Source: Octopus sinensis (taxonomy: Eukaryota). From it: DNA of 64,000 nucleotides. The position numbers and the translations under genes were made by a program. Of the stretch, positions 50,401-63,899 are shown piece after piece. Location of the stretch: assembly GCF_006345805.1 (NCBI RefSeq), contig NC_042998.1, positions 203,856,001-203,920,000 on the forward strand, given 5' to 3'. The notes under the pieces were generated by a model that saw nothing but the letters and a program-made list of their open reading frames with translations, did no database searches and had not been told where the DNA came from. Every line of letters starts with the position of its first letter. The stretch's first letter is position 1.

Positions 50401-51044
50401 TTGGCCGCATTGCATCTATATAACATGTTATAGCACAAACACGACCTTTCCCCTCTCCTGCGAATATATCGTTATATCATATTAGATATCCTATAAGGCT
50501 TCTTAATTATTTCTGATTAGGGATATATCACATATCAGATGAAATGAACGTAACCTTATCATTTAGATATCCTGCTGGGTTAACAACTATCTTCGTTTCA
50601 TATATTTATGTGTGTGTCTCTACTTGCAAATGTCCCACTGTGCATGTGTGTATGTATGTGTGTGCGCGCGCGCGCGTGTGTGTGTGTGTGTTTGTGTGTG
50701 GTTATTAATGTGTGTCTATAGATTGGCAAAACGACACGAGTGTGGGAGTTTTTCTTTTTTTGCTATGAGTTCTTTTTATGTAAATAATTCAGACAAGACT
50801 TGCCTCTCCTGTCAGTAGGGCTGCAAAATCGATAAGAGCCGCTATAATTCCAATGTGTTATTAGTAAGTAATTATCAGATAGTATCTCTCATACAAAACT
50901 AGTTAACTTCATTTATATTCATTAAGCGGATTCATTAAAACTATGTAAGATCATTATTAACGTAACCCAACAATGATTATTTCCAGCCAAGCGGAGCCAG
51001 AAATGCCTGCATCTAACATTGTCCCTTATCGTGGGCTCACTTTG

Positions 51045-51365
51045 TGAAGGCGCATAGCGTAGTGGTTACAGTATTCGGCTCACGATCGAAAAGTCGTGAG
51101 TTCGAGCCCAGAGGGTGCGTTGTGTCCTTGAGCGAGACATCCTATGTCGCGTTACTCCGGGTCACAAAAATTAGATGTATCTGTAATTCAAAGGTGGCGG
51201 GGGCAACCTTGTCATATTCTATGTCCTGCTGAAACTCCCTGGGAACTACATTAAGGGTACACATGGCCGTGGAGCATTCAGCCACATGCGCATTAATTTC
51301 ACAAGCAGCCTGTTCCGTTGATTGGAACTACTGGAACACTCATCGTCGCAACTGACGTAGCACCA
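51045..51365 (+). mobile_element. SINE-D, diverged
   Basis: As 30165-30455. Confidence 0.7.
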
Positions 51366-51604
51366 GTTTTCTGTTTTGTTTTGTTTTCTTTTTGCTTTTG
51401 CTTCATTTTTGATAGAAAATAAAATACCGACACATGCGACAAGGTTTCGATTCTTGGTTGCAACCGTTTCATTTGTATTTATTTATATCACGGGATCACG
51501 TGACCGACCAGACCATCAGATGTTGCAACATATCGCTGGTCACGATGCGTTCGCATTGTTTTAGCCTTCAAATGACGCCACCCCGCCGGCTAAGCGAGCA
51601 GGCG

Positions 51605-51785
51605 AACAGAAGAAAGAGTGAGTGATGAAAGAGTACAGCAGGGATCACCACCCCCTGCCGGAGCCTCGTGGAGCTTTTTAGGTGTTTTTGCTCAATAAAC
51701 ACACACAACGTCAGGTCTGGGAATCGAAACCGCGATCCCACGAACGCGAATCCGCTGCACTAACTACTGGGCCATTGCGCCTCCA
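51605..51785 (-). mobile_element. SINE-B head
   Basis: Reverse complement of 18150-18350. Confidence 0.72.
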
Positions 51786-52155
51786 CATTTATTTATATAA
51801 ACATATCAAAGATGTGATAACCACGCCACGCAGTGACAAAACTTTAGCGTCCGATCGACCATCCAGTTGTGACCATCCCGTCATGTTATTTGACATATAC
51901 GGAACTGAGAAGAGCAGAGAATTCGTACTTGATAATCTCACGCTTCATTCAACAAATCGAACGCCAAACTGGGATTCCGTCCCTTTGCGCCATGGGTTCG
52001 AATTCCACTGCAGCCAACTTAGCTTCTTAACCCTTCGGGGCCATTAAATAAAGTACCAGCCAATAACTAGGCGTTCCAGCCTTGACCATCCTAGTTGCAT
52101 TAACCAAGAATACTTTAGTGAATGGACCAGTTTTCTCTTGCTTTCCCTATCTTCA

Positions 52156-52188
<33 letters not shown>

Positions 52189-52589
52189 TCTCTCTCTCCA
52201 TCTTTCTCTCTCCTCTGTCTCTCACTTTCTGTCCTCTCTCTCCCTTTCTTTCTTTCTCTCTCTCTCCTCTCACTTTCTCGCTCTCTTTCTCTCTCATTAT
52301 CTCTCTCTCTTACACACGCACTTTACACTGGTCAATTAGCCAACGTAAAATGCCAGGACGTGACGCATTCACTCGACCTGCTAGAAATAGCAGCCAAATA
52401 TCGCATGAATCACACTGTTACAGCTTTTAAAAATGTAATCCATTAATTAAAATAACTCTCGGATAAAGGTCGGAGTAGTAAGTATCAATGTTGTTCATTC
52501 TGCTCTTTTAGCAGTGGTAGTATTGGTAGTAACATTGTTGTTGTTGGTAGTGGTGGTGCTTGTTGATGTTGTTGTTGTTGTTGTTGTTG

Positions 52590-52790
52590 TTAAGCAACAA
52601 GACGGGTAAGGGTAATTAGGTAATGGTTTAGGGCTTAGGGGCGGGAGACCCCAGACCCTGGGAAAATAACTTTGGTCGTCTTGTAGTCGAGGGTTCTTCG
52701 TTGACGCCCGACGCCACTGGGAGGTGGCCCTCGAAGTCACTGGAAATGGAGATCTCCAGGTCCAAATTCTTGAACGGCTGGTGCTGGTGG
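52590..52790 (-). mobile_element. Second copy of the unclassified (CAA)n-tailed retroposon 3' end
   Basis: Reverse complement of 18530-18725. Confidence 0.65.
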
Positions 52791-53269
52791 TAGTGGTTGT
52801 GGTGTAGTTGCTATTGTTGGTGGTTGTAGTGGCGAGTTGGTAGTGGTTAGGGTTAGGGTTAGGGTGCTTGTCGACCAAAGAGCTGTTGTTTTATATCTGT
52901 CTACGTTCGATAGCTTAGTACCAGTAATAAACAACGCGTTCACATTCCACCGCCCTTCACAGGAAATCTCTGGCACGGTGCAAATGGAGCCCAACTGTTT
53001 CGCTTAAAGAATTTAAATCTCCTCCAGTCGAACAGGAATCTCTGACGTCATGGCTGCGATAAATCATGTTAGCACCAATAATTATATCCATGGTGGAGGA
53101 GGAGGAGGAGGAGAAAGAAGTGGTGGTGGTATTGTTGCTGGTATCTATGATGATGACAACGACGTGGATGACAAACGTACCGAACCGCTTTTCCCCGAGT
53201 TTTGTGTGTGTATGTGTAATTGTGCATATGTGTGTGTCTGTGTGTACAATATTTATCGATATATTTATA

Positions 53270-53640
53270 CATATACTTTATACACACGCATGCATACATA
53301 CATACATACATACATACACACATACATACATACATACATACATACATACATACATACATACATACATACATACATACATACATACATGCATGCATACATA
53401 CATACATACATACATACATCATACACACACATACACACACATACACACACACACACATACATACATACATACATACATACATGATTACATACATGCATAC
53501 ACGCACGCATACATACATACATTCATGTATACACGCACGCACACATACATACACACACACACATACATACATACATACACACATACATACATACATACAT
53601 ACATACATACATACATACATACATACATACATACATACAT
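53270..53640. repeat. (ACAT)n/(CA)n microsatellite
   Basis: Directly visible. Confidence 0.95.
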
Positions 53641-53944
53641 ACAATGGAGTTTGGTCAGGATAAATGTTGTTATATGGTTGTGAAAAGAGGGAAAACTGTA
53701 AACAAGGCAGTAACATCTCCATCAATGATTTGACTGTTTCCCCTATATCTGACGAGGAATGTTACAGGTATCTAGGGGGTCGATGAAAACATATCTTACA
53801 ATGGCACCTGTAGCAAAACACGTGTCATTAATTTCACGAGCAGGCCGTCCGTTGATCGGATCAACTGGAACCCTCGTCGTCTTTATTTTGTCCTAAATGT
53901 TTATTAGCCACGACGATATATATATATATATATATATATATAAA

Positions 53945-54275
53945 GAAGAGACCCCCTTCGGTTATGAATGACCATGGGATTGCACCTAGAAAGTTACCCT
54001 CCGAGGCACAAGTCTGGGCAAGGTTGTTTGTGGAAGGCCAGCAGTCGCCCATGCATACCAGCCTCCCCTCCCTACACCATTGATGTTATCCAAGGGAAAG
54101 GCAAAGGGGCCGATACAGCTTGGCACCTGTGACGTCGCAACTTATTTCTACATTTCTACAGCTGAGAGATCTGGAGCAACGTGAAATAAAGTGTCTTGCT
54201 CAAGAACACAACACGCAGTCGGTCCAGGAATAGAACTCAGAACCTCACGATCGTAAGCTAAACGCTCTAACCATA
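53945..54275 (-). mobile_element. SINE-E (SINE-D-type head plus tail 3)
   Basis: Related copy at 63505-63715 (+). Confidence 0.7.
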
Positions 54276-54418
54276 TATAAATCCGTTGTTTCACCAGAAG
54301 CAATAACTTAGAGGACTCTTTACAAATGCCGAGCATTCTTTAATGCATTATTAGTGTAAAGCTTCAATTCCCAGGACTCAGAGTCCCTCGTTCCGATCAC
54401 TTTTAGATATGCACTGTC

Positions 54419-54497
<79 letters not shown>

Positions 54498-54527
54498 TAT
54501 ATATACAATATTATATATGTACATCTA

Positions 54528-54821
54528 TACATAAGGGTACTACATGAGTACCTATATCGCTAATGATAGAAGTCAAAAGATACTTCTGTACCACCGAAAA
54601 GTCACAAATCTATTACAGACAAGATAGGAAAAAGTATCAGTGAACAATAATAATGTCTTACCTCAAATGGGTCAGAACAAGTAAATGCTGGTCAACTCGG
54701 TACCGGTTTCGAAATTTAGCGCCACCTAGACACTGGCGGACTTTAGATGATGAGAAATCACGCGTCTAGGTGGCGCTAAATTTCGAAACCGATATAGGTA
54801 CTCATGTAGTACCCTTATGTA
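54528..54821. repeat. Nested fold-back: perfect 32-bp outer arms and perfect 28-bp inner arms
   Basis: 54528-54559 is the reverse complement of 54790-54821. 54704-54731 is the reverse complement of 54764-54791. Confidence 0.9.
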
Positions 54822-55224
54822 TATATATGTACATATCTAATATTGTATGTATATATTTTATTACTTTGCCTGTACTGCTAATAATTCGCTTACCATTTGT
54901 GATGGTATTTTAATAATACTATCTATATATATACTGTCTGAATAATAATCTAGTATATGAAGTGAAAGTTTTAAGGAAATGCCTCTCCTTAAGTCCTGTT
55001 TAAAATAGTTTTGTGAACAACACGCGCAAAAACGGCGACTTCAAGTTGACGCTTTCCATTTCATTGCATCTATGAGAGCCAATACATGTATACATATGTG
55101 AGGCAAATTTTTGAGATCACAAATGTGTTCTGCTCTTTCTTTATTTATATACAAGGATCTTATCTGGTTAAAGTCGGACTATCGCTGAGCTGATGACGCT
55201 TATTGAGGTAGAAAACATGAAAGC

Positions 55225-55460
55225 AATCGACGAGCTGGCAGAATCGTTAGCACGCCGGGCGAAATGCTTAGCAGTATTTCATCTGTCTTATACTCTGAGT
55301 TCAAATTCCGCCCAGGTCGACTTTGCTTTCAGCCATTCGGGGTCGATTAAATAAGTACCAGTTACGCACTGGGGTCGATGTAATCTACTTAATACCTATG
55401 TCTGATCTTGTTTGTCCCCTCTATGTTTAGCCCCTTGTGGGTAATAAAGAAATAAGAAAA
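55225..55460 (+). mobile_element. SINE-C, full length
   Basis: gagctggcagaatcgttagcacgccgggcgaaatgc...ctgagttcaaattcc...agccccttgtgggtaataaagaaa. Confidence 0.82.
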
Positions 55461-55964
55461 CATGAAAGCAGTCTGTCCCTTCAGATGAAGGGACTGTCTT
55501 TTCCTTAATGTCAGTTTTAGAGAAATCTTGATTCTTGAAATTATCTCCCTTTTTTCCATTTGGAATTGGTCCCAGCTGCCATCAATCAATTGCTCTACCT
55601 TCTCTAGAAGTCTTGTATGTTATGAAAACCCTTTTTTGTCTTTGTTGTCCAAATTTACGCCACAGGACATGCCGAGGGTTTTTCTCTTAGTTTCATTTTT
55701 ATCTCATTTGTGTGTGCGTGTGTGTGTGTGTGCACGTAGATAATAAGAAACATCAATCATTGAATGAAAATCAAAATAAACAGAGCAACAAACGGCTGTC
55801 AAGTTTGAATATGGCGAATGAGATGAACCAAAGCTGCTATGATATGTTATTAAGCCCGCCATACGTCATCACGAGACGATAATTAATGTTCACTCATCAA
55901 ATAGATTGTCTATCACTATTATAAACATCCAGTTACATATTTGCTATATCAAATTGGATCTCCG

Positions 55965-56275
55965 TCTGTTACGACGACGAGTCTACCAGTTGACCTGATC
56001 AACTGAACAACAGCCTGCTCGTAAAATTTTACGTGCAAATGACTGAGAACTCCACAGGCACCCGTACCCTTAATGTAGATCTCAAAGAGATTCGGTGTGA
56101 CATAGAATGTGACAGGGTTGGCCCTTTGAAACACAAGTACAACTCATTTTGCCGGTTGAGTTGACTGGAGCAACGTGAAACAAAGTATTTTGCTCAAGGG
56201 CACAACATGTTCCTCGGAATCGTACTCATGACCTCACGATCATGGGCCGAATACCCGAACCACTAAGCTACGCAC
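55965..56275 (-). mobile_element. SINE-D
   Basis: Reverse complement of 30165-30455. Confidence 0.7.
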
Positions 56276-56569
56276 TTTTACTAGTAGCGATAAAGCTTTC
56301 TAGAAAAGAATCGCTGATATTTATTTTAATGTTTTTATTTTGACTTATTTAAATAAGAAAGTTAAGGTAAAGCCTTTTGCTGTGCTGATGACACTTATCG
56401 AGGCAGAAAAAGGTCTTTGAGCGTGAGGTCACGAATTGAGTAAGTTAGTTACAGGCAAGTGACCAAATAAAATGTTTACAACAGAGTAGACTCACGTAAA
56501 GGTTTACAATCGCCAACAGGGTGGAAATCTTAAACTGGGTGAAACCGAGAAGCCATTTCCCTGGCTGGG

Positions 56570-57015
56570 TGGCTGGGTGGCTGGGTGGTAAGATGTTTGA
56601 TTCTCAACTACATGGTTCTGGGATCAGTCCCACTGCGTGGCACCTTGTGCAAGTATCTTCCACTATAGCCTTGAGCCGACCAAAGCCTTGTAAGAGGTTT
56701 TGGTGGACGGAAACTCAGAGAAACCCTTCATCTGTGTGTGTGTGTGTGTGCGTGTGTGTGCGTGCGCATGCGTGCGTGCGTCTTTGTGTGTGTCTTTGTG
56801 TCTGTATGTCTGTATATCTCCCAACACGACTTGACAACCGCTCTTGGTGTGTTTACGCCCCGTAACTTAGCGGTTCGGCAAAAGAAACCAATAGAATAAG
56901 TAGCAGCTTTTAAAAAAAGGTTGAGTACAGAAGTCGGTTCATTCGACTAAAACTTCTTCGAGGCGGTGCCCCAGCATGGCCGCAATCTAAATGACTGAAA
57001 CAAGTAAAAGATAAA
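56570..57015 (+). mobile_element. SINE-A
   Basis: Homology along the whole length. Confidence 0.78.
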
Positions 57016-58467
57016 AAATAACGATGGCCTTTACCTTGTCTTTGTCTACCAAAGTTCAACAATCTTTTGTATAGTATTTGTGTGCGTATTTCAAATATAT
57101 GACACTGGCCACTTCGAGTTATTTCCCTTTGCTCAATTTTGTTTAAATTATGCAAATTTCCTCGGCCATAAACAACTCTCAATCCTTTGGCTGCATAGAA
57201 AATTGAGCGAGGGACACGTGTGTGCGATGACCCCTTTCATCCGCAGACAATAACCCTGTCCGGCTTTGACCGGGGACTTGAGCGGCAGAATTGCCTTCCG
57301 AGAGGAAATAGGGGTAACATCACTCCGACCAGACAATCACCCAAACAATCATCATGGTCGAACCCCGGGAGGAGCACACGTGCAATTGCTTTATTCATTT
57401 GGCCCTAGCGGAGAATGCAGAGGAGATCGATGAAATAAGACATCGTAACTCAGGAAAGAGGAGCACGCACATGCACACACTCTCACAGACATACACCTTC
57501 TCACATACATGCATACACACACACTCACAATACATACTCACATACACACATACACACACATACTCACATACACATACGCACATACTCACATTCACACAAT
57601 TCACACACATACATACTCACACACACGCATACTCACACACACATACTCACACACACATACACACACACGCACATATTCACACATACACAAAACACAAACA
57701 TACACACACATACATACATACTCACACACACATACACATACATACAAACAAACACACATACGCACACACATACACACACACATACACACACAGATACACA
57801 CACATACACAAACATACACACACATACATACTCACACACTCACACACACGCATACACACACACACACACACACAGTATTAAGTTACAAGTCACCCTCGCC
57901 TCTTCGACCATCGATCATCCGATGGCGATGCAAGAACTCGGTCGTAATTAAGAGATGATTAATGACAGTCAACGTTTCAGTTGATACACTCTGTAGAAAT
58001 CTGGAGCATGGACGACACCAATTCTCAGCGGATAGAACTAATCTGTCACCAAGTTTCAACAACCTCTACCCCCCACCTTCAGCCTGGTGTCTCGATGTCC
58101 CAAACAGAATCCCTTATATTGCATGTATTTGGATCCAGTGGTTCTCTACCATTCAGGCCCCCTTTAATCCTCCAGTTCCCTTTGATTCCTATTTTATACA
58201 GAGTGGGAGTGTGGTGGTGGTGGGGGGGGAGATCCCCTTGGTCATTCGATGTCTAAAAATTCATGTTATATAGGCGCAGGAGTGGCTGTGTGGTAAGTAG
58301 CTTGTTTACCAGCCACATGGTTCCGGGTTCAGTCCCACTGCGTAGCACCTTGGGCAAGTGTCTTCTGCTATAGCCACGGGCCGACCAAAGCCTTGTGACT
58401 GGATTTGGTAGACGGAAACTGAAAGAAGCCCGCCGTATATATGAATGTATATATATATATATTATGT

Positions 58468-58501
<34 letters not shown>

Positions 58502-58539
58502 ATATATATATATATATGTTATGTATATATATCTTATAC

Positions 58540-58624
<85 letters not shown>

Positions 58625-58673
58625 ATAATATATAATATATATCTATACAATATGTTACATTACTCGGTAGTCA

Positions 58674-58738
58674 AGATAAAACTCTGAGTTTCAGATGCCG
58701 AAGTGGAAATCCACAACACCATCTCTCTTCGGTTATCT
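58674..58738 (-). ncRNA. Type I hammerhead motif, C4 core (inverted copy)
   Basis: agauaa CCGAAGA g AGAUG...CAUCU GAAACUC a GAGUU uuaucu. Confidence 0.62.
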
Positions 58739-59606
58739 GCTATTTGAAAACGTTATGAAAAAATACCGTTAAAAATGAAGGGAAATACTCTGTTATAACT
58801 CTGCTTTGCCTGCGTACTTATACATCGCTCGCATTTTTCGTCATAAAAATTATATAAAAATACATAAAAATATATAAAAATATATAAAAATATATAAATT
58901 CTAAGCTGCTTTTCCAGATAAGCCATCTCTCCATGTCGCATAAACCGCACCGTCCGCTGCCGTTAGTATAGGGCTTACATCTGGCCAAAATCTTCCATTG
59001 GAGCTTGCATGTCCAAGACCATCATATATGAAGCTACCGTAAACTCTATAACCACTAAAGACACCGTTTCGACGAAGAAATACGTGGGCCTTACAGAGGG
59101 TAATTTCAAGGCCAGGTTCAATAACCACACTTTGAGCTTTAGGCACTGGAACAAAAGAAAAGCGACACAATTATCCAATCATATTTGGTCTTTAAGAGAT
59201 AAAGGTGCGATTATAACATACAATGGAAGATTGGGCCAGATGTAAGCCTATACTAACGGCAGCGGAAGGTGCGGTTTATGCGACATGGAGAGATGGCTTA
59301 TCTGGAAAAGCAGCTTGACCCTACCACATGTCTAAATACAAGGACAGAGCTTTTCGGATCATGCCCACTGTGACTAAATTTCTGTTACGTTTTTGGTCCC
59401 TAAGAAAACGGATAGAACATGCTTTCTGTGTTATGTCCCAAGAAGAATTTATATATTTTTATATATTTTTATATATTTTAGGTATTTTTATATAATTTTT
59501 ATGGCGAAAAATTCGAGCGATGTATAAGTACGCAGGCAAAGCAGAGGTTAACAGAGTAATTTCCCTTATTTTTAACGGTATTTTTTCATAACGTTTTCAA
59601 ATAGCC

Positions 59607-59667
59607 AGATAACCGAAGAGATGGTGTTGGGATTCCACTTCGGCATCTGAAACTCAGAGTTTTATCT
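59607..59667 (+). ncRNA. Type I hammerhead motif, C4 core
   Basis: agauaa CCGAAGA GAUG...CAUC u GAAACUC a GAGUU uuaucu. Perfect 6-bp stem I. Confidence 0.65.
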
Positions 59668-59793
59668 TGACTACCGAGTAATGTAACATATTGTATAGAT
59701 AAAATTTCCTCTATTTACATAATATTGAGGTCTCTTCTTTCTTTTGTTATCTTACCGTTTTATCAATATATATATATATACATATATATATAT

Positions 59794-59871
<78 letters not shown>

Positions 59872-60269
59872 CACAACATTTGTGCGTGTGTGTCTGTGCT
59901 TGTCTATCTTTTGTCCCTCCACCATCACTTGATAACCGGTGTGTTCACGTTCCCGTAACTTAGTGGTTCAGCAAGAGAATCTGATAGTATAAGTAGTAGG
60001 CTTATGAAGAATAAGTCCTGGGGTCGATTTGTTCTATTAAAGGTGGTTCTCCAACATGGCACCAATCAAATGCCTGAAACAAATAAAAGAATGGAAGCAT
60101 AAAAGAATAACCTTCGAGGTTCCGCAAGATTTTCAACGAAGTTGCTTTTCCGGGCGCACCCAAAACATCCAAGAATTAGTTTAGCAATGATAAAGGAATA
60201 TGTTACCTGCGGGTATTCCATGTTCTTATCGTTATAATCGATGAATATTTCGCTGTGACTCCTGTTTGT

Positions 60270-60545
60270 ATGGTAAGAAGTGTGCTTTCCAACCACATGG
60301 TTCCGGGTTGAGTCCCACTGCGTGGCACCTTCGGTAAGTGTCTTCTACTATAGCCTCCAGTCAAAGTCGTCTGAGTGGATTTGGTAGACGGAAACGATAA
60401 GAAGTCCGTAACTTAGCAGTTCAGCAAAAGAGACCAATAGAATAAGTACTAGGCTTACAAAGAATAAGTCCCGAGGTCGATTTGGTCGACTAAAGGTGAT
60501 GCTCCAGCATGGTCGCAGTAAAATGACTGAAACAAGTAAATGAAT
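60270..60545 (+). mobile_element. Internally deleted SINE-A
   Basis: Head joined to the tail without the microsatellite. Confidence 0.75.
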
Positions 60546-61769
60546 AAATCGCCTCCTGCTCCAATCTTTACCTGCAGGAGAAAGCTTGAATTGAGAACTG
60601 TAAGCGAAAGAATCGTGTCAATCATGAAACTACACAAAGAGAAAGAGGACAGGGTATGGAGAAAAGGACGGAGCAAACGAGAAAGATTGAGAGAAAGTGA
60701 GAGTTGAGTGTTTTTCCAGTGGAGTGCTGGTCACAGACATTGTAAACCGAAGCCTCTACGGTGTGCAGTCTGACCCTAAACTTAAAGTTTGCAGTTGTGA
60801 GAAATAAATTTTCGTACAAAACGGCCAAATATAAATGTGATAACAAGAGACTTTGATCGCAATAATGAATCGTCTGCTTATTTCTTGGTCGTGACTGCGG
60901 CCAGAATAAGAAACCACGTAAGCCTAAAATTACAATATTCTCTTTTGAAGTTGAATTGTGAATGAAGAACATTATTTGAGATATAAAAGCACATTTAGTA
61001 AGGTTGGAGAGAATCATTAAGATAATCTCTTCCTTTGCAAACAAGTTCGAAACAAAAAGTTCGATATTTCAAAGAAACCTGGAACATGAAAGCATGAGAG
61101 ATATTGTAAAAGACAAGATCAGAATGACAACGACAAAATATTCTGGGTTCTTGTATGCGGCTGGATTAAAGCTAATATACAGAGATTAGATTGTAGCACA
61201 AACGTTTGTGTCCGGACATGGAGATATTTCAATAAAAAAAAACTGGTTACAACTGCTTCCTTCAGAACAACAATTAATATTGATTTCTGAGATCGGCAAA
61301 AGGCCACACTTTATAGAATATGGAAATGATGTAGTAGATTCCATTAACCCTAGTATTCGAGTGGTGCCAGCAATTATTATGTACGCACCATTTGCCAGGA
61401 ATGTGTTGAAGATGTAAATTGGTCTCTTCAATAGCTTCACACCACTAAATGTGGTGAATATTTAAGCAATGTGTTCGTGGATAGGTGATGGGATGACGGA
61501 AGAAAGAGCAACAACTCCTGAAATATGCATATACATCCATCACCTATCTTCTCTATCTTTGAGTGCATTGTTTACAGACATATTCGTATACGAAACATCG
61601 TAACTTGCTGTGCTGGCTCTACATTTTATAGAAAATTTGTAAAGATCGCCTCGATTGGTATTGTATTGATCCTCCCAGAAGGATGAAAAGCAAGATTAAT
61701 TCTGAAAGGATTCGAACTCACAGCCTTAAGTTGTGTAGCGAAACACTACAAGAGATATACTTTTCAGCA

Positions 61770-62170
61770 TTATATACTTTTCTACTCTAGGCACAAGGCC
61801 CGAAATTTTGGGGAAGGGAGCCAGTCGATTAGATAGAACCCCAGAATGCAACTGGTATTTAATTTATCGATGCCGAAAGGATGAAAGGCAAAGTCGACCT
61901 CGGCGGAATTTGAACTCACAACGTAACGGTAGACGAAATACCGCTGAGCATTTCGCCCGGTGTGTTAACGTTTCTACCAGCTCGCCGCCTTTTTGAGAGG
62001 AATATATTGACCCCCAGTACATGACTGGTACTTCATTTTATCCACCCCGAAACGATGAAAGGCAAAGTTAACCTCAGTGGGATTTCGGCTCAAAACTTAA
62101 AGAACTCGAAGAAATTCCGCTAAGCATTTTGTCCAACAGAAACGATTGTGCCAGGTGGCCACCACTGCTC
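61770..62170 (-). mobile_element. Two tandem SINE-C copies
   Basis: gatgaaaggcaaagtcgacctcggcggaatttgaactc occurs at ~61880 and ~62055. Confidence 0.75.
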
Positions 62171-63504
62171 GCCGCCGCCTTCACATTCTCCATGAATAAG
62201 AACGTATATTGATTACGCCATGACACCTCAGAATACTGAAGTGAATGGCTTAAGCCATTCGGTCCTATTGAGCGCTCACACATTGTTGAAAGTAGACGCC
62301 ATTTGTGTTTGAGATGATATTAACCAGCTACATTTAGTTTTCAAATACTATTCATGAAAAAAGAGTGGACTGGTTTCAATGGCAGGCCGAGAAGGAAACA
62401 TCAGCCGCTCTCTGACAGATTTGTGATCAAGCCTTTGGCAGTGGAAACCTTTCTAGATATTTCTTTGCTGTGAGGAAAAGGAAAGATACGTTGATGATTT
62501 ATGCAGAGCCCATCTTCATCAAATTTAGGAAACTATTTCATTAAGCATTATAAGACAAAACCAAGACATAACCAGAACGACTCCAGCTGTTGTCGAATGA
62601 TTTAGAAAGTTGTCGTGGCTGTTCTCACCCTCAAGAGTATTTCATTGGCGAACGATGGAATAATCAATGGGAGACACAGGTTGTTCTCCCTGCAGAGTGA
62701 CAGCGACACCGTTTCGTCAGCGAAGTATCGACTCGGATGTACCTGTCACCAGTTCACTGGATGATTGATAACTGATGACGTAATGATCCTTAAACAGTTC
62801 TTCGTACGGCAGAAGCTAGCAGCCCCTTTTTTCTCCTTCTTCTTCTTCTTCTTCTTCTTCTTCTTCTTCTTCTTCATCACACATCAACAACAAACGACGT
62901 CAACCAAAGATTTCAGTGCTACGTTACTAAAGACACGGAATGAAAACTGATATTTTTCTGCAAACGCTAAAACCCGCTGTGAATTGACTTGGTATCAGTT
63001 TGATTAATTAATTCACTGCAATTGCAGACGATAAATGCTATTTATTCATGGCTGACGTGAAATTTCCCTTCCGCAAACACCTGGCATGTCTGACACGAAC
63101 ACATTTCAATGGAAGCCTGTAGTGTGTCACTAAAATCGGTCGCTTGGCTGTTCTATATTAGAACGCTATTTACAAATGTTTCTTCTGCGGATAAAACATT
63201 ACCCAACCCCACCACCACAGCCGCCACCAGACATTCTGTCGTCACGAATGGCACTAAATGCTACAAATAGATAGAAAGTCCGATGGTGATAGGATAAGCT
63301 ACGCTTATATTCTTGCACAGTAAACGACCGGAAAGTAGCATTAATCCGATTTGGTGACGTAATAAATTCTTGGCTAATCTTCTTTATCAAAATATCCACT
63401 AATCTCATCATTTGCTGTCAACTGAAGCGACATCTATGGTAATTTCATAACACTAAATAATTATTTATGTATATCATTTCTGTCTATCAATCTATCTTCC
63501 TGTG

Positions 63505-63715
63505 TTCTTGAGCAAGACTCTTTATTTCACGTTGCTTCAGTTCACTCAGCTGTAGAAATGAGCTGCGACGTCACTGGTGCCTTTCCCTTGGATAACATCG
63601 ACGGCTTGGAGAGGTGGGGCTGGTATGCATGGAGGTCTACTGGTCTTCACAAACAAATTGTCCGGATTTGGACCTCGAAGGGTAACTTTTTAGGCGGAAT
63701 CCCATGGCCATATAC
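63505..63715 (+). mobile_element. SINE-E fragment
   Basis: Reverse complement of 53945-54200. Confidence 0.65.
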
Positions 63716-63843
63716 ATATATATATACACCCACATTATTTAGATATATATATGCACACACATTATGTATATATATATATGCATATATACCACACATTATT
63801 TATATATGTATAAATTATAATATATATATATATATATAATATA

Positions 63844-63887
<44 letters not shown>

Positions 63888-63899
63888 TATATATTATAT

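Larger units (their letters stand above)
58636..59760 (+). mobile_element. Penelope-like 3' fragment (GIY-YIG) with an inverted 5' pseudo-LTR
   Basis: SKTIIYEATV...KKYVGLTEGNFKARFNNHTLSF..K...LSNHIW.L, then C.PY....RCGLC..E. 58636-58990 is the reverse complement of parts of 59225-59700. Confidence 0.88.
58270..60090 (+). mobile_element. SINE-A split by a PLE insertion in its microsatellite
   Basis: Head at 58270-58436, tail at 59880-60090. Confidence 0.75.

Noticed and set aside
55184-56410. A 32-nt motif containing CTGATGA shared 28/32 at 55184-55215 and 56379-56410, as a hammerhead or C/D snoRNA
   Set aside because: Stem II does not covary, there is no NUH/stem I and no D box. Probably two relics of one old repeat.
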